NCBI GenBank assembly: GCA_026996855.1
Contig: JALWJZ010000005.1
Location: forward strand, 3,656-67,655
Reading direction: 5' to 3'
Length of the DNA stretch: 64,000 nt
DNA from: Anaerolineales bacterium
GTDB taxonomy: Bacteria > Chloroflexota > Anaerolineae > Anaerolineales > DRMV01
The notes under the pieces were generated by a model. The model searched no databases, was not told the DNA's origin, and saw nothing but the letters and a program-made list of their open reading frames with translations. The position numbers were made by a program, and so were the translations under genes. Positions 25,688 to 33,832 of the stretch are shown here, piece by piece (position 1 is the stretch's first letter; every line of letters starts with the position of its first letter).

Positions 25688-27394
25688 ATGCGTCGAGTGT
25701 TTTGGTTTTTGTTGATGGCCATACTGGTTGTGGGTCTGGCGGCGTGTAAGAAGGCCACGCCTACGCCCACCGAAGCGCCCGCAGCGATGGAAGAGGCGCC
25801 TGCTGCAACGGAAGAGGCCAAGCCCTTCGAGCCCCTGGTGGTGACCGACGAGTCCTGCAAGACCAGCAAGGTGAAGTCCATCGAGGCCCTGGATGAGTAC
25901 ACGGTGCGCTTTACCTTGTGCAAGCCGGACCCGGCATTCCTGGCCAAGATTTCCTTCCAGCCTTTCTTCATCCGTCCCCAAGAGTGGATCGAAGCCAACG
26001 CCAATGAAGCCAACAAGGAAATTCTGTTGACCCAGCCCGTGGGCACCGGGCCGTACAAGATTGAAAAGTGGTACCGGGGCGACAAGATTGTGTTCAAGCG
26101 CTTCGAAGATTACTGGGGCGAACCGGCCAAGACCGAGACTCTGGTCTTCCGCTGGGCCAAGGAAGGCGCGCAGCGTCTTCTGGAACTCCAGGCCGGTACT
26201 GCGGATTACATCACCAAGGTCAGTCCCGACGACTTCGAGACCGTGAAGAACGACCCCAACCTGGTGTTGCTACCGGTCAAGAACCCCAACGTCTTCTACA
26301 TCGCTTTCATCAACACGGTGGAGCCTTTCGACGACGTGCGGGTGCGCCGGGCCATTGCTATGGGCATCGACCGGGCGCGCATCGTGGAGAATTACTACCC
26401 CGAGGGTTCGGAAGTCGCCGACTTCTTCACGCCCTGTGTGATTGAAAACGGGTGTGTGGGCGAGCCCTGGTACGACTTCGACCCCGAGGCGGCCAACAAG
26501 TTGTTGGACGAGGCCGGCTTCCCCAAGGACGAGAACGGCGTTCGCTTCAAGACCAAGATTTACTACCGAGACGTGTTCCGGGTGTATCTGCCTGAACCCG
26601 GCAAGGTGGCGGTGGAGATTCAGAACCAACTGAAAGAGAACTTGGGCATCGAAGCCGAGGTCATCGTGATGGAATCGGGTGAGTTCATCGCCAAATCCAC
26701 CGCGGGTGAATTGGACGGCATGTACTTGCTGGGTTGGGGTGCGGACTACTTGCACGTGACCAACTTCCTGGACTTCCACTTCAGCAAGAACAACCCGCAG
26801 TTCGGCAAGCCGTATCCTGAAATCTACGAGCCCCTGGAGAAAGCCGCGACCATCGCGGACCCCGAGGAGGCGCGGCCGTACTACGAGCAGGCCAACAACG
26901 CGATTCGCGAGTTGGTGCCCATGATTCCCGTGGCCCATGGCGCGGCTGCGGATGCCGCTCGGGCGGACGTGAAGAACGCCAAGGCCGCGGTGCTGGGCCC
27001 GCCTGAATTGTGGCTCTTCGAGCCTGCCGGCCGCGACACCCTGGTTTACCTGAAGGCCGCGGAGCCCATCAGCCTGTACTGTGCGGACGAAACCGACGGT
27101 GAATCCCTGGACGCCTGCAAGATGGTCACCGAAGGTCTGTACCAGTACACCGCGGATGGCGAGATGGTGCCGCGCCTGGCCGAGAAGTGCGAGGTCAGCG
27201 AGGACAGCACCGTCATTACCTGCTACCTGCGCAAAGGCGTCAAGTTCCACGACGGCACCATGCTGGATGCCAACGACGTGGTGCGCACCTTTGACGCGGC
27301 CCTCAATGCAGCCAGTCCCTATCACGTGGGCAATACCGGCGCCTTTGAGTATCCCTCTTACTTCTTCGGCTTGATGAACAAGCCGGAAGAATAA
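25688..27394 (+). CDS. ABC transporter substrate-binding lipoprotein, family 5 (peptide/nickel type)
   Basis: Lipoprotein signal MRRVFWFLLMAILVVGLAAC. SBP_bac_5 features include GTGPYK and FKRFEDYWG. RBS ggagga lies upstream. Confidence 0.9.
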   Translation: MRRVFWFLLMAILVVGLAACKKATPTPTEAPAAMEEAPAATEEAKPFEPLVVTDESCKTSKVKSIEALDEYTVRFTLCKPDPAFLAKISFQPFFIRPQEWIEANANEANKEILLTQPVGTGPYKIEKWYRGDKIVFKRFEDYWGEPAKTETLVFRWAKEGAQRLLELQAGTADYITKVSPDDFETVKNDPNLVLLPVKNPNVFYIAFINTVEPFDDVRVRRAIAMGIDRARIVENYYPEGSEVADFFTPCVIENGCVGEPWYDFDPEAANKLLDEAGFPKDENGVRFKTKIYYRDVFRVYLPEPGKVAVEIQNQLKENLGIEAEVIVMESGEFIAKSTAGELDGMYLLGWGADYLHVTNFLDFHFSKNNPQFGKPYPEIYEPLEKAATIADPEEARPYYEQANNAIRELVPMIPVAHGAAADAARADVKNAKAAVLGPPELWLFEPAGRDTLVYLKAAEPISLYCADETDGESLDACKMVTEGLYQYTADGEMVPRLAEKCEVSEDSTVITCYLRKGVKFHDGTMLDANDVVRTFDAALNAASPYHVGNTGAFEYPSYFFGLMNKPEE

Positions 27395-27414
27395 GCCCTG
27401 CTTAGGGGCGCTAC

Positions 27415-27447
27415 GAGGGCGGTGCAAATTGCGCCGCCCTCTTTTTT
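27415..27447 (+). terminator. Rho-independent terminator of the binding-protein gene
   Basis: gagggcggtgc-aaatt-gcgccgccctc followed by tttttt. Confidence 0.65.
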
Positions 27448-27486
27448 CTTCAGGCCGAGGTTTGGTATACTTGAAGTTGAACGCGA

Positions 27487-27673
27487 GGCGCCGGGGGAGA
27501 GACCCGGCCTGGAGCCGGGCGCCGAAGGGGCAAGTCCGGGGTTTCCCGGATGAAACTCTCAGGCAAAAGGACTCCGGTGCCCAAAGCCCTCTGGAGAGTG
27601 CGCGGGTTTTCCGCGCCGCCGAAGGGGAAAGCGCCCATGTCGGCGTGCATCTCTCAGGCTCCAGGACAGAGGG
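27487..27673 (+). promoter_or_regulatory. Tandem glycine riboswitch (two aptamers)
   Basis: Aptamer 1: P1 ggcgccgg/ccggtgcc enclosing gggagag...gccgaaggggcaa...ctctcaggcaaaaggac. Aptamer 2: P1 ccctctg/cagaggg enclosing ctggagag...gccgaaggggaaa...ctctcaggc..caggacag. Directly upstream of gcvH. Confidence 0.85.
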
Positions 27674-27710
27674 CACGCGTTGCCAAGGGGTAACGCGTGC
27701 CTTTTTGTTT
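27672..27710 (+). terminator. Riboswitch expression-platform terminator
   Basis: ggcacgcgtt-loop-aacgcgtgcc followed by tttttgttt. The 5' arm shares nucleotides with aptamer-2 P1. Confidence 0.7.
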
Positions 27711-27741
27711 CCAAAAATCCTTTGCAAAAGGAGGTGCTGCC

Positions 27742-28131
27742 ATGTCCTGGAACTTTCCGCCCAACCTCAAATATACGAAAAACGATGAGTGGATTGACCC
27801 CGAAACGGGGAAGGTAGGCATTACCGATTACGCTCAGGACCAACTTTCCGATGTGGTGTACGTGGAATACCTGGTGGAGGAAGGAGACGAGGTCAACCAG
27901 GGTGACGTGGTGGCTACGGTGGAATCCGTCAAGGCCGCTGCCGATGTGTACGCGCCCGTGGGCGGCAAGGTGGTGGCCCTCAATACCGAATTGGCCGACA
28001 ATCCCGAATGGGTGAACGAGGACCCCTACGGCCAGGCCTGGATGGTTCAGTTGGAAATCCGCGACCCTTCGGAACTGGAAGGGCTGATGGATGCCGAATC
28101 CTATGCGAAGTACTGTGAAGAGCGAGAATAA
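27742..28131 (+). CDS. gcvH: Glycine cleavage system protein H
   Basis: KYTKNDEWI, GITDYAQDQL and the lipoyl-lysine motif VESVKAA. Confidence 0.95.
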   Translation: MSWNFPPNLKYTKNDEWIDPETGKVGITDYAQDQLSDVVYVEYLVEEGDEVNQGDVVATVESVKAAADVYAPVGGKVVALNTELADNPEWVNEDPYGQAWMVQLEIRDPSELEGLMDAESYAKYCEERE

Positions 28132-28153
28132 GTCGGTTCGTCTTTGGCTTTGG

Positions 28154-29227
28154 ATGTTGGGTTGGGGCGCGGCCCTGTTGACCCTGGCCCCCTCGCAAGC
28201 CCGGCCTCCTGTTTTGTTCGGCGGGGAAACCCGCTGTAGGAGCGTGGGGAGGGAGGCCGTGGGCGTCTTTTTGCCGGAACCGGCGCCGCTGCCGGAAACC
28301 TGTCCTCCTCCCTCCTGTGTGTTGGGGCGGGAGGTCGGCGTGGATTTCTGGCGGGCGGTGCTCCATTTTTTGCACATCCCCGAAAGCCCCTTTGCCCTGG
28401 AGGCCTTGATACACTGGCAGCGGGTGATGGATTCCCCCTACTGTTGGAATCCGTTGATAACCACCCGCCAGGTTTTGGGATGGAAGTGTCCTTCTTGGAA
28501 CGCGGCCCAGCATTACGCCAACCCCTTGATGGGGATTTTGGCCACGGTAGAAACCCTGGAACAACCCACCTACGCGGCCATTTTGCGCATGTTGCACCAG
28601 GAGGCGTTCGAGACCGGCCGTCTGGAACGGGCCGTGAGTTTCTGGACGACGGGGTATTTTCAGCGCTGCGACAAGGCCTGCCGGGACATCGTGATGGGTT
28701 GGAACCGCCTTTGGCAGGCTCACGGCATCTCGGAACTGTGTCCACCTTTGACTTGCGTACCGGGGTACGCGGTGGGGCCGGAATTCTACGCCCAGGTGCT
28801 GGAAGAAGCCGACATCCCCGTGACCCAGTTCGCCATCCGAGCCTTGTGGGTATGGGCGCAAAAGGAAAAAACGGGAGCCTGCTGGAACCCCCTGGCCACC
28901 ATTTGGGAAGTGCCCGGGCGTTCCTGCGATTACAACCGGGTAGGCGTCAAGAACTACATGTCCGAAGCCGACGGGGTCCACGCCACGGCCCGTACGTTGC
29001 GCCTGGAACGTTTCGACGCGTTGCGGCGTTTTTTGACCATGGAAGCATGGGACGAGGAAGAACTGCCGCGTGCGGTGGGGATTTTCGTCCTGGGCAGCCC
29101 GCATGGCTGTTACATGAACCCGTATTGCGAGGACCTGTTCGCTCGCTGGCGGGTGCTGTGGGAGCATCGGGACGTCTTGGATTTCCATCCCTTGAACCCC
29201 CCGCAAACCTTTGTTCCGGTGCCTTGA
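28154..29227 (+). CDS. Secreted hypothetical protein with an internally duplicated CWNPL-containing domain
   Basis: A signal-like N-terminus MLGWGAALLTLAPSQA. Two ~100-aa repeats share FA..AL..W...CWNPL.T...V.G..C...G..AT..TL...L.RAV. Sits between gcvH and gcvPA. Start uncertain (28091 or 28154). Confidence 0.6.
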   Translation: MLGWGAALLTLAPSQARPPVLFGGETRCRSVGREAVGVFLPEPAPLPETCPPPSCVLGREVGVDFWRAVLHFLHIPESPFALEALIHWQRVMDSPYCWNPLITTRQVLGWKCPSWNAAQHYANPLMGILATVETLEQPTYAAILRMLHQEAFETGRLERAVSFWTTGYFQRCDKACRDIVMGWNRLWQAHGISELCPPLTCVPGYAVGPEFYAQVLEEADIPVTQFAIRALWVWAQKEKTGACWNPLATIWEVPGRSCDYNRVGVKNYMSEADGVHATARTLRLERFDALRRFLTMEAWDEEELPRAVGIFVLGSPHGCYMNPYCEDLFARWRVLWEHRDVLDFHPLNPPQTFVPVP

Positions 29228-29276
29228 CCTTCGTTGACCGTTGGTCGGAAGCATACCTTGGGTTTGGAGGTGTCCG

Positions 29277-30626
29277 ATGTTCATTCCGCATACACCCGAA
29301 GAACGGGAGGCCATGCTCAAAGCCATCGGGGTGGAGAGCATCGAAGACCTGTTCGCGGATATTCCCGAAAAATTCCGCCATCCGCCGAAAATTGATTTGC
29401 CCCCGTCCATGACCGAAATGGAGGTGGTGGAAGAGTTGAACGCCCTGGCCGAGGCCAACGACAACGTGCGCGACCACCTCTTGTGCTTTTTGGGCGCGGG
29501 GGCGTACCATCACTACATCCCCGCCGTGGTGGACCACGTGCTGCGTCGCGGGGAGTTCTACACCGCGTACACACCCTACCAGCCGGAAATTTCCCAGGGT
29601 ACCTTGCACGCGGTCTTCGAGTACCAGAGCATGATGTGCGCGCTCACGGGCATGGAGGTGGCCAACGCCTCCCACTACGACGGCGCCACCGCCGCGGCCG
29701 AGGCCGTGAACATGGCCTATCACGTCTTCCGGGGGAAGCGTCCCCGGTCCGTGGTCTCGCCTTTCCTCCACCCCCAGTATCTGGCCACCATTCGCACGGC
29801 TTATGAGCATTCGGAACGGGAAGTGGTGATTCCCGAAGTGCCCCTGGACGCGCCGCCCGAGGCCTTGGCCGAATTCATCGACGAGGCGACCTCCCTGGTG
29901 CTGGTGGCTTACCCCGACTTCCTGGGCCGCCTGTACGACTTGCAGGCCATTTCCGACGCGGCCCACGAGAAAGGTGCGCTCTTCGGGGTGGTGGTGAATC
30001 CGCTGGCCCTGGCTTTGTTCAAGCCGCCCGGCGAATACGGCGCGGACATCGTGGTGGGCGAGGGCCAGCCTTTGGGCATCCCCCTCAGTTTCGGCGGCCC
30101 GTACCTGGGGGTGGTGACCACCCGCAAGAAGTACGTGCACAAACTCGCGGGCCGGCTCATCGGCGAGACCGTGGACAGCCGCGGGCAGCGGGCCTATGTG
30201 ATGACCCTGAGCGCCCGGGAACAGCACATCCGCCGCGCTCGGGCCACCTCCAGCATCTGCACCAACAACGCGCTCATGGCCCTGGCCGCCACGGTGTACA
30301 TGGCTCTGATGGGCAAGGAGGGCCTGCGTCAGGTGGCCTTGCTCAACTACCACAAGGCCCACTACGCGGCGCAGCGCCTGAGCCAAATCGAGGGCTTCGA
30401 ACTGGCCTTCCCCCAGGTGCCCTTTTTCAACGAGTTCGTCCTCAAGACGCCCTCTCCGGTGAAGGACATCAACGACTTCTTGCTGGACCACGACATCCTG
30501 GGTGGCTACGACCTGTCCCAGGATTTCCCCCAACTGGACCGGCACATGCTCATTGCCGTCACCGAGATGATTTCCCGCGACGACATCGAATTCCTGGCCC
30601 AGGTGCTGGAAGAATGGGTGGCGTAG
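29277..30626 (+). CDS. gcvPA: Glycine dehydrogenase (aminomethyl-transferring) subunit 1
   Basis: MFIPHTPEEREAMLKAIGV, FLGAGAYHHYIP and YTPYQPEISQG are typical of GcvPA. RBS ggagg lies upstream of ATG 29277. Confidence 0.95.
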   Translation: MFIPHTPEEREAMLKAIGVESIEDLFADIPEKFRHPPKIDLPPSMTEMEVVEELNALAEANDNVRDHLLCFLGAGAYHHYIPAVVDHVLRRGEFYTAYTPYQPEISQGTLHAVFEYQSMMCALTGMEVANASHYDGATAAAEAVNMAYHVFRGKRPRSVVSPFLHPQYLATIRTAYEHSEREVVIPEVPLDAPPEALAEFIDEATSLVLVAYPDFLGRLYDLQAISDAAHEKGALFGVVVNPLALALFKPPGEYGADIVVGEGQPLGIPLSFGGPYLGVVTTRKKYVHKLAGRLIGETVDSRGQRAYVMTLSAREQHIRRARATSSICTNNALMALAATVYMALMGKEGLRQVALLNYHKAHYAAQRLSQIEGFELAFPQVPFFNEFVLKTPSPVKDINDFLLDHDILGGYDLSQDFPQLDRHMLIAVTEMISRDDIEFLAQVLEEWVA

Positions 30627-30635
30627 GAGGTGGGC

Positions 30636-30977
30636 ATGCCGAGTACTACGGTTTCGTTGACCCTTTCCGCAGAAGAATACCAGCGCTTGCACTACTTGGC
30701 CGAATTTCTGAACCGTTCGGTCAATGAAGTGTTGTCGGAAGTGTTGCAAATGGCCTTGGGCCTGGCACCGGATGTTTTGTTGAACGTCTTGCAATCGGAA
30801 AGACGGCCCGTTTCCCTTGAAGAGGCTCTGCGGGCTTTCGAGGACGCTTTGTTGGCCCGTGCCGCGGAAGAAGGTCGTGCTTGGTACTTGCAAGAAGAGG
30901 CCCGAGAGTGGCGGCTTTTGGACGCGGAACCCTTTTGGGAGTGGGATGAAAAGGGTGAATTTCGCCGCGCGCAATGA
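30636..30977 (+). CDS. Putative ribbon-helix-helix (CopG-like) antitoxin
   Basis: An N-terminal beta-strand plus two helices (TVSLTLSAEEYQRLHYLAEFLNRSVNEVLSEVLQMAL). Immediately upstream of a MazF-family gene. aggagg lies 5 nt before the ATG and overlaps the gcvPA stop. Confidence 0.5.
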   Translation: MPSTTVSLTLSAEEYQRLHYLAEFLNRSVNEVLSEVLQMALGLAPDVLLNVLQSERRPVSLEEALRAFEDALLARAAEEGRAWYLQEEAREWRLLDAEPFWEWDEKGEFRRAQ

Positions 30978-31037
30978 GGATGGCTTTCAGTTTCCTCGGA
31001 TGGGTAAGGAGGAAATTCAGGCCTAAGGAGGTGGTGT

Positions 31038-31385
31038 ATGCCCAACCCTTTGCGCGGCGAAATCTGGTTGCTGGATTTGAACCCAACGCGAGGCAGTGAG
31101 ATGGGGAAACGGCGGCCGGTACTGGTGGTCAATCGAGATGCGCTGGCACGCCTTCCCTTGCGCATCATTGTGCCCATCACCACGTGGAAAGAGCACCTGG
31201 GACGTCTCCCCTGGTTCGTTCGAGTGGAACCCACGGAGGAGAACGGCTTGCAGAGGGTTTCGGGCATTGACACCTTTCAACTACGGGCGGTGGACGAGGA
31301 ACGCTTTATACGAAAACTGGGTCGTCTTTCCTCCTCCGAAATGGCCCGAGTGGAGCAGGCTTTGCGCCTGGTGTTGAATTTGTGA
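31038..31385 (+). CDS. mazF: MazF/PemK-family type II toxin endoribonuclease
   Basis: RGEIWLLDLNPTRGSEMGKRRPVLVV and IIVPITT are the PemK/MazF signature. RBS aaggagg. Confidence 0.85.
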   Translation: MPNPLRGEIWLLDLNPTRGSEMGKRRPVLVVNRDALARLPLRIIVPITTWKEHLGRLPWFVRVEPTEENGLQRVSGIDTFQLRAVDEERFIRKLGRLSSSEMARVEQALRLVLNL

Positions 31386-31403
31386 AAGACCAGGAGGTCT
31401 AGG

Positions 31404-32876
31404 ATGAGCAGAAAGAAAATCCGTGAACCCCTGTTGATCGAACTTTCCGTGCCGGGGCGGCGGGCGGTGCGCCTGCCCGAACCCGATGTGCCCGAGGCGG
31501 AACTCCCCAAGCATCTGCTGCGGGAGGATTTACCCCTGCCCGAGGTTTCCGAGGTGGACGTGGTGCGCCACTTCACCCGGCTTTCCCAGTACAACTACGG
31601 GGTGGACATCGGCTTCTATCCCCTGGGTTCCTGCACCATGAAGTACAACCCCAAGGTCAACGAAGACATGGCCCGCCTGCCGGGGTTTGCCTACATCCAC
31701 CCCTTGCAACCAGAAGAAACCGTGCAGGGCGCGCTGGCCCTCATGTATCACCTGCAAAAGTACCTGGGCGAAATCGTGGGGATGCCCGGCGTGAGCCTGC
31801 AACCCGCGGCCGGCGCGCATGGTGAGTTCACCGGCATTCTCATCATGCGGGCGTACCATCGGGAGCGGGGCGAACACCAGCGCAACAAGGTCCTGGTGCC
31901 CGACTCCGCCCACGGCACCAACCCCGCGTCCTCGGCCATGAGCGGCATGCGGGTGGTGGAAATCCCTTCGGACGAGCGGGGGAACATTGACCTGGAGGCC
32001 CTGAAGAAGGAATGCGACGAGACCCTCGCCGGCCTGATGATTACCAACCCCAACACCCTGGGCCTTTTTGAGGAACACATCGAAGAGGTGGTTCAGGTGG
32101 TCCACGAAGCCGGGGGCCTGGTCTACGGCGACGGCGCGAACCTCAACGCTTTCCTGGGCATCACCCGTTTCGGCGACATGGGTTTCGACATCGTGCACCT
32201 GAACCTGCACAAGACCTTCTCCACGCCCCACGGTGGCGGTGGGCCGGGATCCGGGCCGGTGGCCGTGGCCGAGCACTTGATCGACTTCCTGCCCGGCCCC
32301 ATCGTGGACATCGTGGAAGCGGGGGACCCGCCCACCTATGGCTTCGTGTGGCCCAAGAAGAGCATCGGTCGGGTGAAGGCCTTCCACGGTCACTTCGGCG
32401 TCATGGTGCGCGCGCTGACCTACATCCTCATGTTGGGCCAGGAAGGCCTGCGCCAGGTGGCCGAAGCCGCGGTGCTCAACGCCAACTACCTGCGGGTGAT
32501 GTTGCAGGACACTTACCACATCCCCTACAATCGCCTGTGCAAGCACGAGTTCGTGGCCGAAGGCCGCTGGCCCGATGCGCCGGGTGTGCGTGCGGTGGAC
32601 ATCTCCAAGCGGCTCATGGACTTCGGCTTCCACCCGCCCACCAATTACTTCCCCCTCATCGTCAAGGAAGCCCTGATGATTGAACCCACGGAGACGGAAA
32701 GCAAGGCCACCCTGGACGCATTCATCGCGGCCATGAAGCAAATCGCCCGGGAGGCCCGAGAGAATCCCGAACTCCTCAAGACCGCGCCCCACGAGACGCC
32801 TTTCGGTCGGGTGGACGAGGTCAAGGCCGCCCGGGATTTGATCTTGACCTGGTTCGATTGGGAGAAGGAAGGGTAA
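31404..32876 (+). CDS. gcvPB: Glycine dehydrogenase (aminomethyl-transferring) subunit 2
   Basis: [12 protein letters not shown] and the PLP-lysine region [18 protein letters not shown]. Confidence 0.95.
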   Translation: MSRKKIREPLLIELSVPGRRAVRLPEPDVPEAELPKHLLREDLPLPEVSEVDVVRHFTRLSQYNYGVDIGFYPLGSCTMKYNPKVNEDMARLPGFAYIHPLQPEETVQGALALMYHLQKYLGEIVGMPGVSLQPAAGAHGEFTGILIMRAYHRERGEHQRNKVLVPDSAHGTNPASSAMSGMRVVEIPSDERGNIDLEALKKECDETLAGLMITNPNTLGLFEEHIEEVVQVVHEAGGLVYGDGANLNAFLGITRFGDMGFDIVHLNLHKTFSTPHGGGGPGSGPVAVAEHLIDFLPGPIVDIVEAGDPPTYGFVWPKKSIGRVKAFHGHFGVMVRALTYILMLGQEGLRQVAEAAVLNANYLRVMLQDTYHIPYNRLCKHEFVAEGRWPDAPGVRAVDISKRLMDFGFHPPTNYFPLIVKEALMIEPTETESKATLDAFIAAMKQIAREARENPELLKTAPHETPFGRVDEVKAARDLILTWFDWEKEG

Positions 32877-32960
32877 TCCCCCGTGTTCTTCCATGAGCGG
32901 CGATGGATGGGGCGGCAAATCCGTCCCATCCATCTCGGATACCGGGCCGTTGGCACAAAA

Positions 32961-33000
32961 AATAAATTGAGGGGACGCGAAGCCGTCCCCTCAATTTATT
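32961..33000. terminator. Bidirectional terminator (perfect 17-bp palindrome) between convergent genes
   Basis: aataaattgaggggacg-cgaagc-cgtcccctcaatttatt, with A-rich and T-rich flanks. Confidence 0.65.
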
Positions 33001-33045
33001 TCTCTGGGGCGTCCCGTTTTCGTGCCTCGTGGGGCAAGGCGATCT

Positions 33046-33738
33046 CTAACTGGACTTGGTAATGCCTGCGGCCATGACCAGGGTGCGGGCCATGGTGCTC
33101 AGGGGCAGGCTTTGCAACAAGACCTTGCCCGGACCGGTCAGCGTGGCCAGGAACAGCCCCTCGCCGCCCAGGAAAATGGTCTTGATGCCTTTGACCATGC
33201 GGATGTCATACGTGACCGAAGGGGCAAAGCCCACGATGCAGCCCGTATCTACCAGCAGGGTTTCGCCCGCGGCCAGTTCCTTTTCCACCAGGTGCCCGCC
33301 GGCGTGGAGGAAGGCCAGTCCTCGCCCTTTGAGTCGTTGCAATAGAAACCCCTCTCCTCCGAACAAACCGGCGCCCAGGCGCTTGGTGAAGGCGATTTCG
33401 ATGTCCACGTCCACCGTGGAGGCCAGATAGGAGCCACGCTGCACCAGGAACTCGCCTCCCACCTGGGAGAGGTTCAACGGGATAATCTTACCGGGGTACG
33501 GTGCGGCAAAGGCCACCCGTCCCGGACCATGGCCGCGGTTGGTGTAGGTGGTCAGGGCCAGGCTTTCGCCGGCCAGCATCCGCTTCAGCCCCTTGAACAG
33601 GCCGCCCACCTGGGCTTCCATTTCGATGTGGGCATCCATGTACAGCATGGCCCCGGCTTCCGAACGCATGCCTTCGCCGGGCTCCAGCGTGACTTCCACC
33701 ATCTGAATGTCGTCACCGAGAATTTGAAAGCGTCCCAT
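33046..33738 (-). CDS. AIM24/TIGR00266-family protein (DUF124)
   Basis: MGRFQILGDDIQMVEVTLEPGE..RSEAGAMLYMD and GGEGFLLQRL resemble this family. Confidence 0.75.
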   Translation of the reverse strand: MGRFQILGDDIQMVEVTLEPGEGMRSEAGAMLYMDAHIEMEAQVGGLFKGLKRMLAGESLALTTYTNRGHGPGRVAFAAPYPGKIIPLNLSQVGGEFLVQRGSYLASTVDVDIEIAFTKRLGAGLFGGEGFLLQRLKGRGLAFLHAGGHLVEKELAAGETLLVDTGCIVGFAPSVTYDIRMVKGIKTIFLGGEGLFLATLTGPGKVLLQSLPLSTMARTLVMAAGITKSS

Positions 33739-33832
33739 GAACCGAACCTCCTTTCAGGTCGAAATCGGATGTGGTTACGAAGGTGATACGTGCCAGGATT
33801 TTCATAACCCTCCTCCCCGGGATGGCTTTCGA

